The position numbers and the translations under genes were made by a program. Shown piece by piece: positions 15,308-31,111 of a stretch of DNA of 64,000 nucleotides. Within the stretch, counting starts at the first letter, position 1. The number at the start of each line of letters is the position of its first letter. This stretch comes from Chrysomallon squamiferum. Its lineage: Eukaryota > Animalia > Mollusca. The notes below the pieces were generated by a model, which ran no database searches, was not told where the DNA came from, and was given only the letters and a program-made list of their open reading frames with translations. The stretch spans positions 22,258,001 through 22,322,000 of the forward strand of contig CM022672.1 of the NCBI GenBank assembly GCA_012295275.1, in the 5' to 3' direction.

Positions 15308-16996
15308 ACTATCTATCTATCTTATTGTCGTTTTCCCTCACCAATATTTTATTTTTTTTTATTATTATTATTATTTTTTTAATACGTTTCTGTTATATTT
15401 TTCTTCTTTCCTGCCTAATTTTCTCCTGTGGGAATTATTTCGTAATTTCTGTTGTGATTATTATTCTCTTTCCGTAAGAAAAATGACATCTTTTTTCCAT
15501 TTGTCTACACGTCGATAATGCAATGTAGACTTCGCGTGTTCATTGCATGCTTCCTTTGTTTGCGTTGAGTCATTTATTGTACGCTGTAATCGACGTTGTG
15601 GCGACAATCTTTACGGAAATAACAGAAACGTCAGTTCTTTTTAAACAGGGAATTACGTACGATTATTCTCCGAAGACTTTTCGTTTTAGTTTTTCAAACA
15701 GACTTTGTCTCATTATATTTTTGAAATATTGTATTATTACCACTAATTTCAATAGTGTTGTGGTTATTGTCACTGCTGTTTTTGTTTTTTTGTTGTTTTT
15801 GTTTTGTTGTTGTTGTTGTTGTTGTTGTTGTTATTATTATTATTATTATTATACAGTATTACTGGTGGTTTTTGTGTATTTGTTGGGCTTTTTTCTTTCG
15901 TATGTTTTATTCATACGCTTTAAATATTTTTTATTTATTTTTTTTTTTTTGGTTTAATTATTTTATTCTTTTTTTTTTTTTTTTTTTTTTTTTTTTCTCA
16001 CATTTATGCAATTATTTCTTTATCATCACACAAGCAATTATTAATTTCGAGACAAGGTCAGCAACGTTATTATAAAAATCATTCTTGCGTAACACAACAT
16101 GCGTTGTATTCGAATAAAGACATTCGAAATCATAAACAGTGGATGACGAATTCACAGTATTATTTCTGTGAATAATGGCGCTTGTATGTCCGTTATAATT
16201 CTACACACTTGTACTACTCCTTATAATACTCCTTTGTCTTAACCCCAGAACCACTAAAGAAAAATAATGTTATAATTATAAAAATTTAATGGAGTAATAA
16301 CTCTAATACTATTTTTCAAAACAAATTTTAACTCTCGTTCACTTAAACTCAGAGCGCTTAGCTCAGTCATGATTGGTCGATCCGTCTTCTGTTATATACG
16401 TGCGCTCTTCAGTTTAAGGGAAGGTTTATACAAAATAGTCCATGCTGCTAAATAAAAAAAAAAAGTAGCTGATACTGTTTGTTTGTTTATTTTTTATTTT
16501 TTGTTCTGTTGTTGGTTTCATTTTTTTTTTCTCGTGTATGACCTAATGTACAAGAGTAGCCCAATATGATATATCGGAAGGATTATTGTGTTATTTTATC
16601 TGTGTTGATTTTTTTAGCCGTTTGCCTTTTTAAATAAAGTATAGCTTCGTCCTTCCCTCTCAAACTCGTGTCAGTATGAATTAGCCAGATTTTAATTTAT
16701 TTTAATCAATACTTTTACCGAATCTCTAATTATCTACGCTCTGTGACAACAGCTGAGCCATGAATCTGGAAATAGTCTCTGAACAATACAAACAACGTAT
16801 TTATTTATATATACAATGACTTCTGAGATCAATGTCAGGTTATTGTGCTCGTCCTTTAATGAAAAACATTTCCACGGTTAAAAAAGAAGAAGTATTTTGT
16901 AATGACCCATACTAAAGTACTTCAGAGGCACATATGCACTAGTAAACTTACACATACACATACACAATTATATGAATAGAACGTAAGTATTGGTTT

Positions 16997-17122
<126 letters not shown>

Positions 17123-18035
17123 TTTGTGTTATTACGTCTTAATGGTGAAGTTCATTTCATCTTGAAAGTTACCCTAGTTTTCTTAAAACCGTATTCGCCC
17201 CTCAGAAAGTATCATACCGTTGCTTGAAGATTAAAAACTTAGTAATATTCCCGAACAATTTGTTATGAGTATTGGAAAATCTTTAGAATTTCTATTACTT
17301 TAAGCTGAAATATCAGTTGTTGTAAAAATTCTCAAACGACCAGAACAGACATTAAAGTGTTTGATAGAATATTAAAAAGTCTTCGATACAACCGTTGCTG
17401 TCAAGGCTTTATTCTTTTATGAAAATATTCCGTAAATATTAATACGCCAGATGACTGATAAATAATGATGAAGACGACTTTAAAAAATAACAACAAAGAT
17501 TACACTCAGACACACACACACACACACACACACATACACTCTCATGTAAAGAACGAAAATGTCCTCCCCTGATGATATTTTCAAGAACGGCCCTCAGAAT
17601 TCTGAAAACAAAATCTCAGCTTTTTATTATTCGTCGGCGTTGATGCACTTCAGACCGCGCATTCATCCGAGTTGACAGAGCATGCACGAACTTCCGGTAC
17701 ACGGGATTGTGGGAGAGATTTAATGTTTAGCGAGATAATGATGTTGGTCGACATAATCTGAAGTCTTTGATACGCTTGAGATGCTTATTGGCATTGATAA
17801 TTCACAGAACCAGTCTCTTCAACAGGCCGCAACAATTTATACTTTTACTACCATCGAGATCGAATATTCGCTCGATACTTTTAAAATAATGATGTGTGGC
17901 GTGCGGATTAAGAAGCACTTGGCTTCCATAACGATGTACTGGCTGGTGTTAATCGACGTCTCAGAGACAACTTTTAATGAGTTTCTCCACGACGCTGTAA
18001 CAATTATCTTTTATTCTTTGTTTTTATAATCTGCC

Positions 18036-18110
<75 letters not shown>

Positions 18111-18973
18111 TGCTTACAATGAGTAAGTCTTTCTTGCTACTCACAAATACGGCACAAAAAAATAAAAAATAAATAAATAAATAAAATACATGGCTAAACT
18201 AAAGATCATCCCATACACGATCCATCCAATACAGGACACATAATTATATCGAATTTAATGCATGAGTAAATACACGCATAAATATACGCATTAATAATAT
18301 ATACACGTGTTTATTATGTCAACATTTTCTCCATAACATTATATATATATTTTCTAACAGACAATAAATAACAGCTTAAGTCTTCTTCAAACGACTGCAA
18401 CAAAATAATGATAAAAAAATAATTACTTTTGGGGTTTTTTTTTAAAAAAAAAAAGGTGAGAAAGATAACAACGTCAATACAAACATTTTTTTTTTTCAAG
18501 AAGAACACATGATTCATGATTCGGATGAGATAAAGGTCCAAGAGCCAGACGCAGTAAACGCAATTAATTAAGCGTACAAACCGTTACGGCCTTTTCTTCA
18601 ATAAATACTTTATTCAATAAATCATCATTATATTCTTTGACAGTGCACGTTTATTTCCTCAATAAAGTTTTATTCTGTTGCGTTCAAAGACGGGACAGGG
18701 GCCGTGAGAGAGATATGAGTATCAGCGAGTGTGATCAACTCAAACAGAAATTGTTTCAAACAGTAACTCTTTATTGTGTGTGTCAGTGTAATAGCTGTCC
18801 GTCAGTGTGTTGTGTTGTTTGTCCATTCTTTAAATAATAATTATTACTGTGAGTTTATTTATAAGATGACAGTAATAATAATAATAATAATAATAAATTA
18901 ATTAAATAAAAAATAATAAATAAAAAATTAATATATATATATATATATATATATACAATGTTTTATATAGTAA

Positions 18974-19006
<33 letters not shown>

Positions 19007-19163
19007 GAGGTAGTAGTAGTAGTAGTAGTAGTAGACGGTGGTGGTGGTAATGTTAGTAATGTGACAGTAGTGGTAACAGTATAATTATTAGTAACAGTAA
19101 TGACTGAAAACACTAGTTGTTACGGCAGTAATGGTAGCCATAACGATCAGAACAGCAGACTTG

Positions 19164-19215
<52 letters not shown>

Positions 19216-20049
19216 AAAACGTGAAAGAAGAAAACCTAATCTGAATGGGTGATCGGAACAGAACGACATAAAGTGACGCGGACTGTCGGCTTCTCAAGTT
19301 CTCAGACAGTCTACCGGCGACAAAGAAAGATCGCAGTGATCAGCTTTTCTGCGCGCTGACATCGTTTACAGCCCATTAAATCTGCGCCAAAGAATAATCC
19401 TACAGAAAGGAAACAAAGAGAGTTGACACTAACTTGCCTATCATGAAGATGATAAAAGAGTGTACGAGACAGCCAAATTAATTAGCATCCAACTTATGGG
19501 CCGTTTTTTTTTTTTTTTTTTTTTTTTTCTGTTTTTTTTCCTCTTCGTTCTTGGCCATTGCTAGTGATATGTCTGTTTCTTGTTGTTTGTTTGTTTGTTG
19601 TATGTCATATTATAGACGGTTAGTGATATTTCTATGTCTGTATATACGAGGGACTGAACTAAAAGCACCCAGTATAATCTTTGGTTTCGCTGAACATATA
19701 TAAACACCATCAAGGCGTCTGAGGTTTATTTCTGTTTGTTTAGACTTAAAGGTACTTGGGAAATTCTTCCGAGACAATTCGGACATTAATATATGGTAAA
19801 ACCGTCACCAGGGCGTTTTGAGGAACCTATGCATTTTACATATGTATGAATGTATTTATATATTTATGTATTCAGATATATATATATCCTATGTGCTACA
19901 ATTTCTAATGATATTTCTTTCCAATTTTTAACTTTTTTTATTATTTTTATTTATATATTATTTATTTAAAATAAAAAAATTCTTTTTTTTTTTTTTTTTT
20001 TTTGTAATTGTTCGTAAGAACAGTACAGACATATAAACAAAGATTAAAA

Positions 20050-20170
20050 AGAGAATCAGCAAAATATTTTTTATAAGCACATCATACCCAATGACAGGAC
20101 AATACACACCATCCCCTTTCATAAACTTGCTCTGTCAGTAACGGAAAACACATCAGTGGATGAACAGAGG
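20050..20170 (-). mobile_element. Degenerate SINE body fragment
   Basis: cagcaaaatattttttataagcacatcatacccaatgacaggacaatacacacc resembles, from memory, the reverse strand of gastropod tRNA-SINE bodies and is related to 30855-30990. Not searched. Confidence 0.4.
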
Positions 20171-20857
20171 AAATGTTTAGACGTGAAAGAGCGCAACGCA
20201 AACCAGTTTCCGTTTGGCTTTGCCGATTTGAAAGTAATTTGCAGATCTCAGAGAAAAATATCGTGATTTAAATCTCTCTGTATTACATCCACAGAACAGC
20301 GGAATTAGAAAACAACTACTGAACTTGCTAAAAGCCCGAAATGGCCGTTCGATTTCATTATCGTGTGTTGGTTATGTTTTCTTCTCGACCACATGAAGAA
20401 AGAAAAAAAAAAAAAAAAAAAAAAAAGGAAGAAAAGAATTGGCCTCCTGATATTACATTAGGAGGTAATCGGGTTTGTCCTTTGCGAAAAAACAGCGTCG
20501 TTTGGAAATAGCAGAAGCAATAAAATGGTTTAAATTGTGATTCACGTAATCTTTATTGCGTTCCACCAGTGATTTCGTTTTCCTCTGGTCTTTGTAATTT
20601 AATACATCGCTAATTCGTTTTCCACTGAGGTCTCTTTATTATTTTGACTCTCGTGTCTTTGTGTCTGCTTTTTTTTTTTTTTTTTTTACGACGCTGTTGC
20701 GATGTTAATGGATAAGGGCGAACTCAGGGTTGTGACCCTCACGTTGTACATTTACTGACAAGGTCAAAAAGGGAAAAAAATTAGGGCTTCTGGGATTTTG
20801 AAAGCGTTTCTGAATAATTTTAAAAGTAATTAATTAATTAATAATATATATTTCTGA

Positions 20858-20892
<35 letters not shown>

Positions 20893-21777
20893 TAAAACAT
20901 AATATGAACTGTATCAAAATATCGACAAATTTGATCGTATGCTAGTAATTGTAGTTGCAACAGTAAAATTCAAAAATAACATTACTAACATTATTATTTA
21001 TATTAAAAGAAATTATTTCCATTACATAATAACTTTCAAAATTAAATATAAATCTATCTTATATCTTTTGCCAAATGAATAAAGTAATTGGATAGCAGTT
21101 TGATCAGTTCTTTGTCTTGTTTTTAACCACGTGTTAGACAGAATTCTGAAGAAGTCTGAATATATGCCGCTGACAGGCACACTTAAACAATTTGCTTACG
21201 AAAACATGTTCAAATTCACTTACACCACGTCAACCCTAACTACAGATTACATCAGTGTCCGTGAAAATGAACAGAAAAAACAAATGTCTTTATTCTGACT
21301 ATGAGTTATTTCTGAAGCTCGAATATCGAGGTATGCAATAAATTCCCATAAATTGCCACTGACCTCTTAGTTTGTTCTGTGGTCTAAATGAAATATGTGG
21401 TCTTTGAGAATTCTGCAATCCCACGGAGGATTCTGCAATAAATTGTCCAAACTAGATAATTGTATTCTGTGCGAAATCAAATGAGTAGATGGACTTGTGC
21501 TGAATAAGCAGGCAAGGATACGCTGATGACCAAGAGGTTCTGAACCTTCCCTTTCCCCGATCCCAGTTTCTTTCCTTCAGTTTCAAATGGTACTTGTATT
21601 TGCAAGAAATATTTTTTTAAACTTTTTTTTCTTCTGTACATGTACAGATACAGATTTGTATTCGCCATCAGCTCCGTTATTTTTACTTGTTCTCATTGTT
21701 AGGGTCTGAACTTTTCACAGTGGAGAACTTCTGCAATTATTTATGTCTTGACCCGTTGTAAATATCTTGGATTCTCT

Positions 21778-21817
<40 letters not shown>

Positions 21818-22112
21818 GACGGGTTTCAAGAAACATAGCAAAATGGTGTCTTCTGGTACAATGAAATTCATAAGGATATAGAGTTATTTGGAATTCTTTA
21901 AATGTATGGCTATGATTTAAAAAAATCTTATACATAGGAATAAATGTATAGGGAATTAATCATTGAAAAATTGACAGTTCTAAGCTGAAAGAATTTTGTC
22001 CTATAAGAAAATGCACTTATACATTTGGTGAAATCTTGTAACGGGATGGAGTGTTCCTGTTTAAGCCAGACATAAATAAAAATCGATTTTACCACAACTT
22101 TTGAAAAAAATT

Positions 22113-22395
<283 letters not shown>

Positions 22396-22839
22396 CATTC
22401 TAATACTATTCTGATCGGAGAACGTAGGTATCTGGCTAGGGAGACGTTTTAGTTTTCAGTGGATAAAGGAAGAGTTCATTGTTTCATGTTGTTTAGCTAT
22501 AAGAAAAATCAGTAAGTATATTCTTTATATCTGTAACTGTCAGTTATCAAAAAGTGTATTAGTATTATAAATAATGTAAACTGAATAAACTAACTAATTA
22601 ATGAATGAATGAATGAACTAATAAATGAAGATCTGTAAACATAATGACTTCTTTTATATTAAACGATATCCTTTAATTTATTTTTATATATTATTTTTAT
22701 TACGTACATGAGTAAATGTATGTGTGCGTGCTTGTTTGTATACCTATTCGTCTGGTGTGAGACTGTGCGTATATATTATTTGTTAATGTGAGTATTTGTG
22801 TTGTCTGTGCGTGTATGCATGTCTGTATGTATATATGTA

Positions 22840-22876
<37 letters not shown>

Positions 22877-23445
22877 GTATGTATGTATGTATGTATGTAT
22901 GTATGTATGTATGTATGTATGTATGTATGTATGTGTAAGTATGTATGTAGGTATGTATGTCCGAGTGTATCTTTTATGCAAATGTGACTGTCTGTTTGTT
23001 TGGGTAAAAAAAAAATCTCTGCTAGAATTGCTTCTGTAAGAGATGATTCTGAAATTTCGTCTCAAGAAACCAGATAGATAATTATATCCTGAGCTATGCC
23101 TGTAAATCCCAAAATGAAATAGAAAGAGTTTGGACTTCTTAAGACTATGATGGCAAACAGAATTGTCTGAAATAAATCGTGTGAATTATATGTGTATCAA
23201 ACCAGATCGATATCACCCAGACCAAATTAATCCTGGATACCTTCTATATCAAACAGAACTGTAATAGTCACTGCGGACTTGTTTCAAGTATATGAATAAT
23301 GTTGATATAGGAGTCATAATTTGAGAATAAAACATAGTGTAATAGATGTAATGTTAATATGGTTTTATCTTATTTCTGTAAGTTAATATGTATATGAATA
23401 TATCCCTTTTTAATTATGTTTTGGTGTGGGTGTGGGGTATGTATG

Positions 23446-23540
<95 letters not shown>

Positions 23541-23994
23541 ACTGATATAATGTTAGTGTGGTCTTGTCTCACTTCTATTATCAATGTAGACCATTTTCTG
23601 AATCAGACAAAATTAAAATAGTCTACTGTTGTATGTTTTTTTTTAAGCTATGTTAGTAATACGGATCCACCATGCAGATCGAGATATTGCTGGCAGTTAT
23701 AATACTGACAATGTTACAGCGGCTTTGTGCTATTTTATATCTAAATTAATATAAATCACATTCAAAGATCCTTCTGATAGTCCACAATGTCACTGTGGTG
23801 AGGTCTAAAGTTTCTGTTTATATGTATAATATTGACATCTTCTAAATTACAGTCTTTAGCTGATCTTCTTTTACATGTGTAAATAACACAGACACTGCTG
23901 ATTATAATTAAAGACTTTATGAATTATAAATAATTAGAACAGTTATAAACGTATGATGTTCTCGGCTTATTTATACGAATATTATTTATAAACC

Positions 23995-24360
23995 AAACAA
24001 ACCAAATTATTACTGACCTTCAAAACTAAATATAATTATTATAATAGTTAAAATGCTGACGTATATTTGTAATACAGACTTCACCATGCAAACCAAATTA
24101 ATATCGCCGACCTTCTGAATCACACATAATTATTATAACAGTCAAAATGTTATTACTGTCTTGGTTTTCGTATATCCGTATTGCAAACTGAATCATGCAA
24201 ACCAAATTATCACTGACCTTCCTGAATCAAATATAATTATTACAGTAGTCAAAATGTTATTACTGTCTTGAGTTAAGTGTGTGTGTAATACAGACTGCAG
24301 CATACAAACCAAATTAATACCGACGACTTTCAGAGTCAAATATAATTATTTGTAACTGTC
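23995..24360. repeat. Four diverged ~90-110 bp tandem units (AAACCAAATTA..GACCTT..AATATAATTATT..GTCAAAATG)
   Basis: Units start near 24000, 24090, 24200 and 24306. Confidence 0.8.
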
Positions 24361-24750
24361 GCAGGTTATAACATTTTTGTTAGTAAGTAGCATGACCAGT
24401 ATTCGCAATCTTACGATCCAGCAGAAACATAACGTTTATGTAATCTCTCCACTTTATGTAGATGATTAATACAAACCACATCATCCATGATTAAAATAAT
24501 AATGACGACCGTCTGATTTTTAACAGTCACAAACCCATTGATTGTTGTGTTTTATGTATATAATACAGACCGTCTTATGATCAAAATGTAATTATATTAG
24601 TCATGATTTTAGTGAAGCACTGTTTTATGTGTCTGATATAATAATTCCGAATTTTTCGGATCAAAATAATTTCGATTCAAATCGATTTCTTCCTCTTTTT
24701 TTTAAAGTTTTCTTAAAGTGTTTTATGTTTTTCTGCTTTGTTGGTTGTTG

Positions 24751-24805
<55 letters not shown>

Positions 24806-25272
24806 TTAAGGGAGATTTAAAAAATGTTTTTGTTCTATTTATAGAAATTTTATACTTGTTTTTTTATTATTCTTTTCTTTTCTTTTTTCCGTTTTTTTTA
24901 TTTTAATTTTTTCTTCTTCTTATTTTTTCTGTATGAGCTGGGTTGTTTGGTGGGGTTTTTGTTGTTTGTTTTTATTTACTTTGTTTGATGTTGTTTTTAG
25001 GTGGTATTTAGTTAATGAAAAAACGTTTTCAAGCAAAACCAAAAAAAAGCAGCGGATATTAAGATGCTCAGCGTCTGAGCAGTGACTTTTAAAGAGTATA
25101 ACAACAATAAGCCGAAAGCGCAATCATTAAAAAAAAAAAAAAAAAAAAATTCTATATAAAAAATTATAATTAAAAACTTACCTTGTGGAAAATTAAAATT
25201 CTGACATTAATCCAAATCGAACTTGGAATAAGCGAAACAGGAAAACGTACTCCAAACGAACTTTCCAAACAA

Positions 25273-25320
<48 letters not shown>

Positions 25321-26820
25321 TAAATTTCAAAAAATAAAAAACGAATATATTTTTAAACGTAAATCACGTAGTAACAAAAATATGTTTCCTTTATGGTCTC
25401 AGAATGTAATAATAGTCACTTCTGTGTCCAAATTTCCTCCCAATCTATAGTTTATCCTTGCCAGCTGAAAGCACGGAATTCATTTCTGTGTAATAGCGCC
25501 TGTTTTGGGGAGGAATTTACGTAAAGCATACGAACGCCATGCTCTTAGACATCGGTTATGATTGGGAAAGTACCGGCATGTTTCGCCGCCGACAAATGAA
25601 AACAGGCTTGACAGTCACGTGACGTTAAGTAGCCAAAGGCACATAAAGGTGTGTTCTTTCTAATCAGGGAAAGAAAATTTAATAAGTGCATTCTATTCCC
25701 CAAATATTAATTTGGACAGACACAGAACAGGCCCGAAGTGCGATGAACCAAAGCAATTTGTGTCTCCTTGCGGCATCGGCAAAAATCGAACGCTTTAGTA
25801 TTGAGTGGGGCCTTGTTTTTCTCCGCTCTATTCGCAGACGCGAGTTGGTGAGGTTGACGATTGTGGTGGAAAACACGACAGGAAAAAGACGGCCTTTCTG
25901 TCATTATCGCGGCGTAATTCGTGGCGTACGGTCAACGTTTGTCTCGCGTCTTTTTGGTTTGAAATAACACCAAACTGCCATTGATTTGACACTTTAAAAA
26001 TGAAAAAGTGAAAAATAAAATCTCTTTAAATCTGTTTTCGATGTCTTTCTAAACTATTAAATTGAAAAAAATATTCTGGTTTCTTTAACGTATGAAATTA
26101 TCGAATTATTAATGGATCAATAGAATGTTATTGTGCATAGTTCTTTTTTTAGTTTTTTTTTTTTTTTTTTTAGTTTTTTAATAGAAAATCAGGATTTCCT
26201 CTTTCATTACAACATAAGGAGCTAAATTAATTGCAGATTTCATTCAAAATGTTTATTGCTTTATGGTTTATTTAAAATGTTATTTTCAGCCAAATAACAA
26301 TATTAATTATTCATCCAGTATAATATGCTTCAGTACAATTTGATTCTTCTTCGAAAATTAAAAAGCGAATAATCAACATTATCCTTACCTGTATAACTGT
26401 GTCACAAACTCAGCTACTAGAACTGGTTTCTTCTTCAACTTCTTCTCAATCTTCCTCTTCTTTTAAAACAAATAATAATAATAATCTATGAATCTCAGAA
26501 ATTAATTTCAAAATTAAGTACAATAAAATTGTATTCGACGTTTAGCATTCTATCCACAGATGACATAAACAAAACAATGACGTCATAAAAGGCCTTCACG
26601 TAATCGGATTGTAATCGGAATATTTCGACTACTATCGGAAGCGTTTGGTTCCGAATTTGACCCACGCACACACCAGCAGAAATTGCATATAAAAACAGGC
26701 AATGTTCCTTCTTACCGCTTCATCTTGGTCATGCACCATTTTCAAAACTTTCAAACGATCTTCTACAGTCTTACACAAAAGCAGACACTTCTAATGAGTG
26801 TGATGTGTAGTTTTTCATAG

Positions 26821-26862
<42 letters not shown>

Positions 26863-27023
26863 GACTGACTGACTGACTGACTGATTGATTGATTGATTGA
26901 ATAACTTATTTACTGATTTCTGCGAAAGAAAACACAGATTTATTTAGTTATTAATTTAAACTTTTATTTATTTCATATTCATCATCCATTTTTTCTTTAT
27001 ATTTTTTTTTTCCATGTTTTCCA

Positions 27024-27131
27024 GTGTAACGTAATATATTTAACTATTTTACCGAGTACAACGTAATTTATTTAACTGTTTTAACAAGCGTAACGTAATT
27101 TATTTAACCAATTTACCTAGTGTAACGTAAT
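27024..27131. repeat. ~32-bp tandem repeat (GTGTAACGTAATTTATTTAAC..), about 4 copies
   Basis: AACGTAAT recurs at ~32-nt spacing. Confidence 0.8.
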
Positions 27132-27693
27132 CGTAGCATTGTTTTCTTCGAGTTACAGAACCTGTCTGATTATTATTGAAATACAGTAACGTAAAACTCT
27201 TCAAATCCCAAGATGTATGAATTCCAGACTAAACAGTTTCTCTTCTTGTTTGAATTTATTTCAGCTGTAAGAATGATCATAACTGAACTGTATTACTCTA
27301 TAATTCGATAAATTTAAGAAAATGAAAACATGAAATAACTCTATTTTCCTTAATATTCTTAACATGTGTGTGTATGTATTATACTTTTTTATTATTATTA
27401 TTATTACTACTATTACTACCACCACTGTTGTCATCATCATCGTCATTATCATTAGTAGTAGTACTAGTAGTAGCAGTAGTAGTAGCAGCAGCAGTAGCAG
27501 TAGTTGTTGTAACAGTTGTAGTATGTACAGTTTACATTTTCGATAACAAGACAAAAATTATCCACGAGTTACTTGCACATTTTATAATAAAACTGTATTA
27601 CTCCAATATAAATCACCATTTTGCTTCTTCTTGTTTTTTCTTTTTCTTCTTTTTCTTCTTCTTTTTTTCTTTATTTTTTTATTTATTCAATTT

Positions 27694-27726
<33 letters not shown>

Positions 27727-27932
27727 TTGATTCCGTCATCAGAAACTTATGACACTAAAGAATTATCACTGTGGCAGACGGCAGCAAAAGGCGAAAAAAA
27801 TCAATATTCTTCATCTTTTTTTTAAGTAACCAGTTTCGTAAAATTGACATAATTTACGGTTAATCCTAGTTCGAAAGAAAAACAAATTATCGTCTTTTGA
27901 TGGGTTTTCTTTTCATTTCGTATTGTTTCTTT

Positions 27933-27986
<54 letters not shown>

Positions 27987-28015
27987 TGTATATATATATA
28001 CAACATTTTAATTTT

Positions 28016-28097
<82 letters not shown>

Positions 28098-29088
28098 TTC
28101 CTTTCTTTTCTTCCTTTCTTTATATTTATTTATGTATTTATTTATTTATTTATTACTTTATTTTTTATGTTCTTTGTATTAATAAAATATTGCGTGTGAC
28201 ATTTAGTTTCGCCATTTGCAGAAATATTAAAAAGACTTCTCTTCTTCCTTTTCTCCAGTCTCGCTCTGTCGGTCGACATATGCGCCATCTACTTCCGTTT
28301 CAGTCCTCTTATTTTATGTTTCTCATTCGTTTTAGAAGTAACGAGTTGTACTGAAAGGAAACGACGACTATTTCTTCTATGGACCAATAAAATTGTACTA
28401 AATTTTAGTCTAGATGTATTATTACATACACATTCGAACATATAACAATACAATGTCTAAAAGGTGTTTGAATGTAATGTATATATGTGTGTGTGTGTGT
28501 GTGTTCTTGTTGATTTTAGGTTATTTCAGAGCAGAATGGGTTGGTTTTATTTGTTTTACTTATTATTTTTCGCGGATTTTCTTCATTTCGGTGCGAAGTG
28601 TAGATTTTTATTTATTTCTGTTTCTTATTTCAGAATCATCATCATCATCATCATTATAGATAAATTAGTATTGTTTTTGTTAATTTCCTTCTCTTTTTTC
28701 TTCTATGTTTTAACCTTTATTTCTGACAAAGTTATCTGCTAACTCAGTGTTTTTATTAACATATTAATATACCTCTAAATCATATATACTGTTCTTAATA
28801 AATGTCAAAATTCTTTTTTCTTCATTTTTCCAAATGTCAGCTCACATACAGAATTATTCCACTCGGTGATGTTAATGGCTTTTTGTCATCATTAGTTTTT
28901 TTATGTCTTGTAGCGATTTTTTTTTTTTTTTTTTTTTTAAACAGCCGCACTCCCATAATATCAGAGAGTTTAATTATTAGATTATAATTTATCTACAACA
29001 CCTGATACCAGGACGTGCTAATTATAAAATAATTTTAAAAAAATACAACAACAACGGCAATAATAATAATAATAATTATAATTATAAT

Positions 29089-29130
<42 letters not shown>

Positions 29131-29384
29131 TAACAAATAAAATAAATAAATAAATAAATAAATAATGATAAGAAGAATATGAAGCACTTAAAATAATAGT
29201 ATAGAGAATGGATGATTTTTTATTTTTTATTTTATTATTATTATTTTATCACCAATATCATTATAATCATCGGTGGCAGTAGCAATAGTAGAAGTTGCTT
29301 TGTTGTTATTGTTATTCTAATAGTATTATTATAATCATTATAATAATTATTAATAACCTTTTTTTCTGTTAACTCTAACACACA

Positions 29385-29444
<60 letters not shown>

Positions 29445-30024
29445 TACATATTTATATATGTCTGTAGATATCGTCATGAGACAAAACAGAAAAGAAGACA
29501 TAAAACCAGAAACGCTGCACCGTTTATTTACAGGCCTGTTCATCGACATACACTGTCCTCCGTATCTTCTCCGTTTTATCACTTTCTACCCTCTTTTGTT
29601 CTTTATTATTCTTTTGTTCTTTAACGACCGACGAGTCATAAATTAACAACCAGACTCTTATTATAAAAGCATTCGTTACAGCAGGGTACGTACGTTCGGT
29701 TCCGTCAAGAACATTAATTATTATACATAACGTGAGTCTTTGAATGCGATCGTTAGATGCTCCATCCATCACCGTACTGCCTGTAACACAATATACTGTT
29801 ATAGCTTTGTTTGATCTCTGCAGAAACACAAAACTTTTATTGACAGTTTCTAATTAGCAAACGCTATCTATACGTCTTTTGCGAAATCCATCTTTATTAA
29901 TATGATTCTCCTACCTGCAAGTTTATTGCCTCGCTGATGACAGTGATTTTTGACCTCGCAAAATAAATGACTCATGGATCTGATGCTCTAGTTCATGTTT
30001 GTGGGGGTGTATGTTAATAGTAGT

Positions 30025-30816
30025 CATGTTTCAGTTTTAAACATGCTTTCTTGGGTAATACACCACAAGCTAATGCACTAGATAAGATTCCTGTGTGTAT
30101 ATTTTAGAAATACTGTCCCTATTTTGAAACACTGCCTAATACTATAAAGATTAGGTTCTTTGGAACGATATCTTTATAATACTATCTCTCAGTTTCAAAC
30201 ACGCTTTCTTGGGTAATACACAGTCTAATGCAGTAGACAAGGTTCGTGGAGGTGTATTTTTGTAGCAGTTTCTCTCAATTTCAAACACATTTGCTTTGAT
30301 TAAATGACAGTCTAAATGCACTAGGTAAGGTTCATGAGGGATATTTTCGCAGTCGTTTTTTTTCTCGATTTCAAACACACGTTTTCGGGTAATATACAGG
30401 CTAATGCACTAGATACGTTTCATGGAGGGATATTTTAGAAATACGGAATCATTTCACACACGTTTTCTTAGGCAATATACTGTCTGATGCACTAGATAAG
30501 TTTCATGGAGGGATATTTAAGTAACACTGTAACTATTTCACACAAGTTTTCTTAGGCAATATACTGTCTGATGCACTAGATAAGTTTCGTGGAGGGATAT
30601 TTAAGTAACACTGCAACTATTTCACACACGCTTTCTTGGATAATAATACACAGTCTAATGCACTAGATAAGGTTCTACGAAGGAAACTTTATTACCAGTT
30701 TCTCTCTCAGTTTCAAACACGCTTCCTTGAGCAACACACAGTTTACTGCATTAGACGAGATTCACGGAGGGATGTTTTGATAACAGTGTCTCGCTATTTC
30801 AAGCACGCTTTCTTGG
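30025..30816. repeat. ~85-bp tandem repeat, about 9 copies (TTTCAAACACGCTTTCTTGGGTAATACACAGTCTAATGCACTAGATAAGGTTCATGGAGGGATATTT..)
   Basis: TGCACTAGATAAG recurs regularly; the central units are nearly identical. Confidence 0.92.
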
Positions 30817-30854
30817 CCACTTCGGTTTGAAACCCAACTTTCTTGCAGACGGTC

Positions 30855-30990
30855 GCTAATGGAACGGCAGAAAGGTAAGGGGAGACCCGCTTCCGCTGTT
30901 TGGGCTATTTTCATCCGTTTAACGGTAAAAGAGATGGATTGTTACGTCTACTGAACAGCGGGGATGAAGAAAGCTTTTTGTAACAGACAC
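30855..30990 (-). mobile_element. Degenerate SINE fragment
   Basis: ggagacccgcttccgctgtttgggctattttcatccg resembles, from memory, the reverse strand of gastropod SINE tails. Not searched. Confidence 0.4.
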
Positions 30991-31075
30991 TGGCCGTGTT
31001 TGTATCTCGAGGGTGTCATTTTGTAGCGTAAATGCATGTTTAAGATTACAGTTTGAAAAGAAATGTGTATATCTG

Positions 31076-31111
<36 letters not shown>

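Noticed and set aside
21400-22070. Possible decayed retroelement coding remnant
   Set aside because: No RT, endonuclease or transposase motif was recognisable in any frame.
25686-25967. 93-aa non-repetitive ORF
   Set aside because: GTG start, no recognisable motif and no supporting exon structure; better explained as a GC-richer non-coding block.
30025-30816. CRISPR-like appearance of regularly spaced motifs
   Set aside because: Whole units are homologous with no unique spacers, the context is eukaryotic and there are no cas genes.
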